Below are positions 28,106 to 33,706 of a stretch of DNA of 33,706 bases, piece after piece. The translations under genes were made by a program, and so were the position numbers. This DNA is from a virus, in IMG/VR virus record IMGVR_UViG_3300045988_099363; one strand, written 5' to 3'. Position 1 is the first letter of the stretch; every line of letters begins with the position of its first letter. Under the pieces are notes generated by a model. It was not told the DNA's origin, ran no database searches, and was given only the letters and a program-made list of their open reading frames with translations.

Positions 28106-28330
28106 TCAAGAAACTCGAACTTGCAGATTAAAAAAATATTGTCCAATTTCTTCGACTGGGATGTTTAACAACTCGCAAGACTTTTTGATATCTGTATCTT
28201 TCCATCTTACTTTATTGTTAAGCTTTAGAGATAGAGAGCGTTCTGACAACCCTAATGCTAGAGCAAAGTTATATTGAGTACCGTACTCTTCTGTAATTTT
28301 GCCTAGTAGTTTAGAATAATTAAAACTCAT
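28106..28330 (-). CDS. Cro-like HTH (XRE family) transcriptional regulator
   Basis: 74 aa; HTH segment QYNFALALGLSERSLSLKLNN; strong RBS; operator palindromes upstream. Confidence 0.6.
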   Translation of the reverse strand: MSFNYSKLLGKITEEYGTQYNFALALGLSERSLSLKLNNKVRWKDTDIKKSCELLNIPVEEIGQYFFNLQVRVS

Positions 28331-28343
28331 GTGGAACCTCCTT

Positions 28344-28363
28344 TTTTATTATTAGTTCAAATA
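28344..28363. promoter_or_regulatory. Operator-like perfect palindrome AGTTCAA-atatc-TTGAACT between the promoter and RBS of the cro-like gene; more TTGAAC half-sites at 28398, 28431
   Basis: Read directly. Confidence 0.55.
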
Positions 28364-28382
28364 TCTTGAACTTTATATTTTA

Positions 28383-28411
28383 ATTATATACCTATTTTTG
28401 AACGTCGTCAA
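28383..28411 (-). promoter_or_regulatory. Promoter TTGACG-17-TATAAT driving the cro-like gene and antirepressor operon
   Basis: Reverse complement read directly. Confidence 0.55.
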
Positions 28412-28537
28412 CACAAAAAGGTAAAATTATTTGAACTTTATTTATACCTACGCCTATACTAATTCCTCTAAATTTAACCATAACATCTCACTTTCTAAAT
28501 GTTGCTATTTTAATATTTTTTAATGTCAACAAAACAG

Positions 28538-28708
28538 TCATTTATCATGTTTACCATCATAATGATTACTAATCAATGCGGTAACAATAGATAATACTAT
28601 TACTGATACCCAAGAATAAATATTTGCGTTACTCATAAATACTGTACTTACTACCCAAAATGCCGTATATACCGCAAAATATAAACAAAAATTACTTATA
28701 AATTTCAT
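28538..28708 (-). CDS. Small hydrophobic membrane protein (56 aa, two predicted TM helices); not in the ORF track
   Basis: ATG with strong RBS aaggaggt; TAATG overlap with the upstream 44-aa gene. Confidence 0.5.
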   Translation of the reverse strand: MKFISNFCLYFAVYTAFWVVSTVFMSNANIYSWVSVIVLSIVTALISNHYDGKHDK

Positions 28709-28842
28709 TAAATTACCTCCTTAGTAACATCACATCTCTTACAACTCTTATGCTTTTTATCTACCCAGTAATACCAATCATGTTTAAAACATAGTAATTG
28801 TTTTATTTTTCTTTTAATTACTTCTAATAACGGTTCTTTCAT
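28708..28842 (-). CDS. Tiny Cys/His-containing protein (44 aa; C-x2-H ... C-x2-C zinc-ribbon-like); not in the ORF track
   Basis: ATGA overlap with the upstream gene, RBS gaggt, translated by hand. Confidence 0.45.
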   Translation of the reverse strand: MKEPLLEVIKRKIKQLLCFKHDWYYWVDKKHKSCKRCDVTKEVI

Positions 28843-29099
28843 TCTATTACCTCGTAAGTCTTTTTGAAAATATCAGGCTTGCATGGATAAAATTCGCCAT
28901 CAACACCTTTGATGATAAAATCGTTATTTGATATTTCCATTACACCTTCTAATGTCTTGATGCCTGGTAAACCGTTAGGCATTTCATCATAATGAATCCA
29001 AGAATCGCCTACAAATTCTTTACATTTTCGGTATGACCTTGCGCTACACATTTTTAATTGCATCACTTCGACTTCAACTGGTTTTTTACGTGCTTTCAT
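28839..29099 (-). CDS. Hypothetical protein (87 aa), first gene of a three-gene translationally coupled cassette
   Basis: ATG at 29099 with RBS aaaggag (the ORF-track start at 29138 lacks an RBS). Confidence 0.5.
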   Translation of the reverse strand: MKARKKPVEVEVMQLKMCSARSYRKCKEFVGDSWIHYDEMPNGLPGIKTLEGVMEISNNDFIIKGVDGEFYPCKPDIFKKTYEVIE

Positions 29100-29209
29100 T
29101 TTTAAATCTCCTTTATTTACTATCAAAACGCCACACACGCCATTTTAACAATCTGGTACATATTTACACCAAAACAATATTAAAACGTCGTCAGCGTTGA
29201 ATCTCGACC

Positions 29210-29401
29210 TCACAGGTGCTTTGAAATCAATTTACCTCTTTTGGCTGTTGTGCCTAAACCTTTAGCGTTTCGCTTAACAGCATCTGCATCCCCTTTAATT
29301 AAATTTCTAATTTCATACAAGCAAAATTCTTCATAGGTCAAATTATGACCTGTTTGTAAGTTGTGTAATCGTCTTCTCAACTCAATTTCTGGGTCTTTCA
29401 T
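29210..29401 (-). CDS. Hypothetical protein (63 aa)
   Basis: ATGA coupled to the upstream gene. Confidence 0.45.
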   Translation of the reverse strand: MKDPEIELRRRLHNLQTGHNLTYEEFCLYEIRNLIKGDADAVKRNAKGLGTTAKRGKLISKHL

Positions 29402-29907
29402 AGCTCTACCTCGATTTTCTCATAATTTCCAGTTTGCATGCTGTCGATTTCTTCTTGGGTGATTTTTTTTGCGCGATTTATATTGCTTGTTAAATATCCA
29501 TCATTTGTTAAAAACAAATTTAAATATCCAATTAAATCGCTGCCTACATCTTCAAGTTTTATCTTATTCTTCAAATAGAACAGCTGCGGTTTTTCGACTG
29601 TGTAGCCGTCTATCCATGCACGAGCGAAGTCTTCTGCGTTATCATCTTTCCAATGAATTGCTTTTTCATTTCCTTCTCCAGCGACATTGTGAGTACTACA
29701 CATTAAACCGAATTGGATACCATGTCCTTTTTCTTTCAATTCTGATATATAATCCCCCACATGCTCAGGCACGACTGGAATGGCTTGCTGTGGTTGCCAA
29801 TCTTTAAAATGTTCTGCTAGAAAACCGCCTAGAAATAACTCATGACCGTTATGTGTTCTGTCATGTGGACTAACTTTATTAAGTAGCTCTTTTTCAAATT
29901 CACTCAT
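29398..29907 (-). CDS. Hypothetical acidic protein (169 aa)
   Basis: ORF with RBS aaggag. Confidence 0.5.
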   Translation of the reverse strand: MSEFEKELLNKVSPHDRTHNGHELFLGGFLAEHFKDWQPQQAIPVVPEHVGDYISELKEKGHGIQFGLMCSTHNVAGEGNEKAIHWKDDNAEDFARAWIDGYTVEKPQLFYLKNKIKLEDVGSDLIGYLNLFLTNDGYLTSNINRAKKITQEEIDSMQTGNYEKIEVEL

Positions 29908-29919
29908 TTCATCTTCTCC

Positions 29920-30507
29920 TTAATTAATCCAATCAATCTCAGGATTCCCTGTATAACCTTTTTCCCAAATGAACCAGGCATAACAAGCTGCACTTGATTT
30001 ATATTTTTCAAATTCGCCATTCATAGCACATATCAATCTAGAACTTGCCACATATATCTTTTTAGGCGGAAATTCATCAAAAAAGATACGTCTTGACTTG
30101 CTTTCTAAAAACTGTATTTTCAAAAACATAGCCACTTTGTTTCCGTCTGGAATTATTTCAAGCGAATGCTTAACAAAATCAAGCGCTATTTTGTATGGTG
30201 GATTAGTGATGATGTCCCCATCAAATTTTTCAACCGTAAAGAAATCCTTGACTGTTCCAAATCCACGATCGACTAGATCATGACTTTCAACTTGATATCC
30301 TTCGCCTTGTAAGGATTTAGATATATGACCCTCGCCACATGAAGGTTCTAGCACTCTACTTGAGAATTTTTCTTTTTCAAGCAATAACTCAACTGCTTTT
30401 GGGTCTGTAGCATAGTAGTCGTTAACCTCCCTTTTCAAACTGCTATGATTACTAGCTCCTAAAACAGCAAATGTGGTTGCTTTATTGCCTGTCCAATCTT
30501 TAGTCAA
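29920..30507 (-). CDS. Putative N6-adenine DNA methyltransferase (small phage-type MTase)
   Basis: SAM-binding-like LEPSCGEGHI and catalytic NPPY motifs; TTG start with strong RBS aaggag. Confidence 0.6.
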   Translation of the reverse strand: MTKDWTGNKATTFAVLGASNHSSLKREVNDYYATDPKAVELLLEKEKFSSRVLEPSCGEGHISKSLQGEGYQVESHDLVDRGFGTVKDFFTVEKFDGDIITNPPYKIALDFVKHSLEIIPDGNKVAMFLKIQFLESKSRRIFFDEFPPKKIYVASSRLICAMNGEFEKYKSSAACYAWFIWEKGYTGNPEIDWIN

Positions 30508-30721
30508 TAATCTTCTCCTTAATTAAATACCGCTCTAACTCAGTATCTTTAGTCGTCAAAGCTCGCTCCATGCTATTGATGCGGTTGTAAATCCGTATCT
30601 GCTCACGTTTAACCTTGCTAGTCTCTAATGTCGACATAAGCGTAACAGCACCGAATAAGCAAAGCAATACGAGTATCACGTATAGCCATGATGTACTGAT
30701 TGAATTTTGTTTTTTAGTCAT
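30500..30721 (-). CDS. Small membrane protein (73 aa, one TM helix)
   Basis: Hydrophobic stretch WLYVILVLLCLFGAVTLM; overlaps the MTase start. Confidence 0.5.
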   Translation of the reverse strand: MTKKQNSISTSWLYVILVLLCLFGAVTLMSTLETSKVKREQIRIYNRINSMERALTTKDTELERYLIKEKIID

Positions 30722-30776
30722 TTCTATACCACCCTTTCAAATTTTCCTCAATCTTCTTTTACTTGATTTTTTTAGT

Positions 30777-30974
30777 TCATTTTGCATATTTTTCAATTTC
30801 AGAAAGGTTAGAAATTAGCTTTTCGGCTGTTTCTAACGTCATGTTTTTAATGCTATAAGTGCCTTTTCGATACTTTGTTATGACAAGCTCAGCGATGCCA
30901 GTTATTTTTGAAATGCGATAACCCGTGACATTAATGTTAAGAATTTCTTGTACTTCGTTTACTAAATTTTGCAT
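30777..30974 (-). CDS. Small putative HTH DNA-binding protein (65 aa)
   Basis: Predicted helix-turn-helix GYRISKITGIAELVITKYRKG. Confidence 0.4.
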   Translation of the reverse strand: MQNLVNEVQEILNINVTGYRISKITGIAELVITKYRKGTYSIKNMTLETAEKLISNLSEIEKYAK

Positions 30975-31052
30975 TTTTTATTTCTCCATTTTTTTATTTA
31001 TTTTATAGCCATTCATTGACTTCTTCGGCTGTTTCAACGTGGTAAATTTTAA

Positions 31053-31148
31053 TTATTTTCTCTTGCTCCAATATTCTACATTTTTCCCGCTATGCTTATC
31101 TAATTTTGATAGTAGTTTGGCATGGTCACTTGGTTCGAATTTTGTCAT
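31053..31148 (-). CDS. Tiny ORF (31 aa) with RBS aggaag between promoter 31184-31212 and the HTH gene
   Basis: Translated by hand; below the ORF-track cutoff. Confidence 0.25.
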   Translation of the reverse strand: MTKFEPSDHAKLLSKLDKHSGKNVEYWSKRK

Positions 31149-31183
31149 GGCATCTCACTTCCTTTCTTTTTTTCTATACTTAT

Positions 31184-31212
31184 ATTATACCATAATTATT
31201 AAGCAATATAAG
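31184..31212 (-). promoter_or_regulatory. Extended -10 promoter (aTGgTATAAT) on the minus strand
   Basis: Reverse complement read directly. Confidence 0.45.
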
Positions 31213-31216
31213 TATT

Positions 31217-31408
31217 TTAGTATTTAATTTTCATCTTTTCGGCTCTATTCCCATCTTCAAAATAGTAAATGCCGTCCCTTGTTTCTTCTTCAACCATGGA
31301 AAGGACTTGCTCGCTTATCCCTTTGCCTTTATATAGTCTCAAATTATAATCAATCTCGATTAAGATTGAATCCAATAATTCTGCTTTTCTTTCTGCTGAC
31401 ATCTTCAT
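31217..31408 (-). CDS. Hypothetical protein (63 aa)
   Basis: Strong RBS aaggagg. Confidence 0.55.
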   Translation of the reverse strand: MKMSAERKAELLDSILIEIDYNLRLYKGKGISEQVLSMVEEETRDGIYYFEDGNRAEKMKIKY

Positions 31409-31429
31409 TTTGTCGTCCTCCTTTTATTT

Positions 31430-31987
31430 TTAATCTCTATTTCTAGTTGGTGCAATCAATACCTGAACCACCAATGCATTTAAACAGAAAAATGTAATTT
31501 TTAGTGGTTCATTTTCAGAGTTGTATTCTAATTTTAGATTGCTATCTGTAAATTCTAACTCAGTGTTATCATTAATCAAAGCTTTTACAAACTCAAATGC
31601 AGGTTTGACGGTCTTTGTGTTAAAATAAAATTCTTTTTCTCCTAACATAAGATGAAATGTTTTATCTGATACGGCCTTAGCCTTGGAAAATTCTTTTATT
31701 AAGTTCCAGATGTCATCACAAGTGCCATTGTTTTCAGTTTTTGAATCGAAAAGTTTATGAATGTTTGGATAACTGTATGCCGAAACATTTTTGATGCCTT
31801 TTAAATTATTTAAAATTTTGGCATCTTTTACACCAATGTAATTGTCTTGGATTGTTCTGTATGCGATGAATCTATTAGTTGCATACTCAAAGATTTTTTC
31901 TTCTGTGTACTCTGTTACTGCACAATTCAAATTGTCTTCAATTTTACCGACAAATTTTGAAAGTTTTGCGCAAGTTGATTTTTTCAT
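31430..31987 (-). CDS. Hypothetical early protein (185 aa)
   Basis: RBS aaaggag, consensus promoter upstream. Confidence 0.55.
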   Translation of the reverse strand: MKKSTCAKLSKFVGKIEDNLNCAVTEYTEEKIFEYATNRFIAYRTIQDNYIGVKDAKILNNLKGIKNVSAYSYPNIHKLFDSKTENNGTCDDIWNLIKEFSKAKAVSDKTFHLMLGEKEFYFNTKTVKPAFEFVKALINDNTELEFTDSNLKLEYNSENEPLKITFFCLNALVVQVLIAPTRNRD

Positions 31988-32056
31988 GTCATTCTCCTTT
32001 TCGGCTTTGTGGTCATTTTCAGCCGTTGACCTTTTGTTGGTAGGCTTTTCTTTACC

Positions 32057-32085
32057 CTATATTTATATTATACAATACTTGTTAG
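32057..32085 (-). promoter_or_regulatory. Consensus early promoter TTGACG-17-TATAAT (spacer atacctaacaagtattg)
   Basis: Reverse complement read directly. Confidence 0.55.
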
Positions 32086-32132
32086 GTATCGTCAAGTAGT
32101 TTATGTAACTTTTTTATTTTTTTGTTTTAAAG

Positions 32133-32339
32133 TCAATTATTTTCAAACTGGAATATCGTTTGAGTTTTTTCAGAAAATAATACCAATGTTTTAACGCTAT
32201 CGTGCAAAACGGTTAAATTTTCTTTTAGAATCCTATCTTCTGGATTATAATACCCAATTTTTTTAGATTCTTTTTTTACGATGTCGCCTAATGTATAGGC
32301 GTTACGCCATTGCATCCCACGAGATTTGAAAATTGTCAT
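32133..32339 (-). CDS. Hypothetical protein (68 aa)
   Basis: RBS ggagg. Confidence 0.5.
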   Translation of the reverse strand: MTIFKSRGMQWRNAYTLGDIVKKESKKIGYYNPEDRILKENLTVLHDSVKTLVLFSEKTQTIFQFENN

Positions 32340-32424
32340 TGTATTATCCTCCGAATATTTTGATATTTAAAGCCATATGACGGAATCGAACCGTCTAACC
32401 ATTTATGGAGGTGTTGAATTTAGC

Positions 32425-32865
32425 TTATTTTTTTAAAAGTTTTTCTAAAAACTTAATATCTTCATCGCTGTAAGGTGAGTAATTTTTTGATGCTTCAAAG
32501 TCTCCTGATTCGTTAAGAACCAAAGCTACCTTTCTGAGACCTTTAACAAAATAGTAGATAGGTTTCTTTTGCCATTGTGTCACAAGTCCATTATCGATTA
32601 AGTTTTGGGCATGTTCACTTAAAATTTTTGTTTCATCTTTAGCTTTCATTTCTTCAAGCATTTGGATTTTTCTTTTTAACTTTGTAATTTCAGCTCCTAG
32701 TGTTTTCATCTTTACAGCGGGCTTGGTTTTATTATAAGCTTTTGCCTCCTCGTTTCTTTTTTCTAATTCAGCTAATTTTGATTTGAAATAATCTAAATTG
32801 TTCACGCTTGTTTTAGCTCCGATGGTTGCATAAGATGTATTCCCAATAACATGTGCATCTTTCAA
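32425..32865 (-). CDS. Hypothetical protein (146 aa). TTG start without RBS; in frame with the upstream 77-aa ORF across a single TAA
   Basis: See finding on the in-frame stop. Confidence 0.4.
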   Translation of the reverse strand: MKDAHVIGNTSYATIGAKTSVNNLDYFKSKLAELEKRNEEAKAYNKTKPAVKMKTLGAEITKLKRKIQMLEEMKAKDETKILSEHAQNLIDNGLVTQWQKKPIYYFVKGLRKVALVLNESGDFEASKNYSPYSDEDIKFLEKLLKK

Positions 32866-32889
32866 AGTTGAATTTTCGTTTTTAAATTC

Positions 32890-33123
32890 TTAAACTTTTT
32901 CAAGCATCTCGATTCTGTTTTCTTGTTTATCTTGCTCCACTGAGTTAGCTATAGACTTTCCGTAATGGCGTTTTAAATCTTTGTAGATATCTCTCCTGCC
33001 GATAATAACAGGTTGCCCAAATGGGATTAAATCGTGTTCTTTTCTAATGGCTTCCGTAATTCCATTTTGTTCTTCTTTTAGTGCTACCAATTTGTTTTTT
33101 GCACTTTCTAATTGTGATGTCAT
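32890..33123 (-). CDS. Hypothetical protein (77 aa), first early gene
   Basis: RBS aaggag, consensus promoter upstream. Confidence 0.55.
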   Translation of the reverse strand: MTSQLESAKNKLVALKEEQNGITEAIRKEHDLIPFGQPVIIGRRDIYKDLKRHYGKSIANSVEQDKQENRIEMLEKV

Positions 33124-33161
33124 TTTGTTTTCTCCTTGTTTGTGTTATTTACTCTATATAT

Positions 33162-33190
33162 ATTATATAATACACATTAGGTAAAGTCAA
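33162..33190 (-). promoter_or_regulatory. Consensus early promoter TTGACT-17-TATAAT (spacer ttacctaatgtgtatta)
   Basis: Reverse complement read directly. Confidence 0.6.
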
Positions 33191-33394
33191 GTGTTTTTTT
33201 CATATTTGTTTATTTTTTTATTTTATGTAAACTCATTTTCCTCAGACTGAATCAGACTATTGTAAAATAATAGAATTATGAGAAAATCACAAAGAAAAAA
33301 TACAATATATAAAAATCTTTATATCTATAAAGCGCTTTCATAAAAAATTATTTTCTCGCAAACCCACGCCGTCATTGAGAAAGTAACTAAGTAT

Positions 33395-33435
33395 ATATAT
33401 AAATATAATATATTATTTATATATATATATTATGT
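33395..33435. repeat. (AT)n / (TATA)n simple repeat tract, a candidate DNA-unwinding element
   Basis: atatatataaatataatatattatttatatatatatat read directly. Confidence 0.8.
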
Positions 33436-33706
33436 CTCTTTATAGCGTCTATAGGGGAAGCGCGAGGAAAGAAAATTTTCCATACTTTTTATATCCATGA
33501 ATTGTTCATCTGCATTAAATCACAATGAAACAAGAAAGGCCGTTAGTTGTTTTTGTCTAGGATAGCCCTAGATTGCAATTTAAGGCACCTCTCGCACGTC
33601 CTAGCGTTGTTTTGGCATAATTATGCCCCCTACATCTAAAGGGGCCAAAAACGGCCTTAAAATGCCTTGTATTGTTTTGCCCAAAAATAGTAATTTTTTA
33701 TCAGTA

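Noticed and set aside
32866-32889. Alternative internal ATG start for the 146-aa ORF
   Set aside because: No in-frame ATG with an RBS exists until far inside the ORF. TTG or readthrough remain the only options, so this was reported as a finding rather than a corrected start.

Overview
The window is one complete, circularly permuted genome (about 33.65 kb; bases 1-55 repeat exactly at 33652-33706) of a tailed siphovirus-type phage from a low-GC Gram-positive host (Lactococcus/Streptococcus-like signals). Two convergent transcription blocks are visible. A plus-strand late block (2179-19759) runs from terminase small subunit through large terminase, portal, MuF-like protein, scaffold, major capsid, head-tail joining genes, major tail, G/GT chaperones with a -1 slippery site, a 1320-aa tape measure, Dit, Tal, fibre/collar proteins, holin and amidase endolysin. 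A minus-strand early block (33123 down to 19881) runs from small unknown genes, an HTH regulator and an NPPY N6-adenine methyltransferase through a Cro-like HTH, Bro-N/KilAC antirepressor, large putative replication protein, coiled-coil protein, ssDNA-annealing protein, SSB-like protein, RuvC-like resolvase and an SF2 helicase. The two blocks meet at bidirectional terminators. A short plus-strand middle region (about 180-2150) carries consensus promoters, tRNA-Asn(GTT), a decayed Dam-family methyltransferase and a tRNA-Arg(UCU)-like gene. The decayed methyltransferase has two in-frame TAA stops, a lost catalytic motif and a roughly 15-copy 9-bp minisatellite. No integrase, CI-type repressor or attachment site was found, so a virulent or non-integrative lifestyle is likely. 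Points for follow-up are a family of near-consensus early promoters sharing a conserved spacer motif, two about-100-nt promoter-to-terminator units that look like sRNAs, a translationally coupled trio of tiny genes next to the Cro-like gene, an acr-aca-like promoter/small ORF/HTH arrangement, a second in-frame TAA splitting two early ORFs, and an iteron plus (AT)n putative origin at the genome junction. All calls come from reading the sequence and recognising motifs by eye; no database searches were run.
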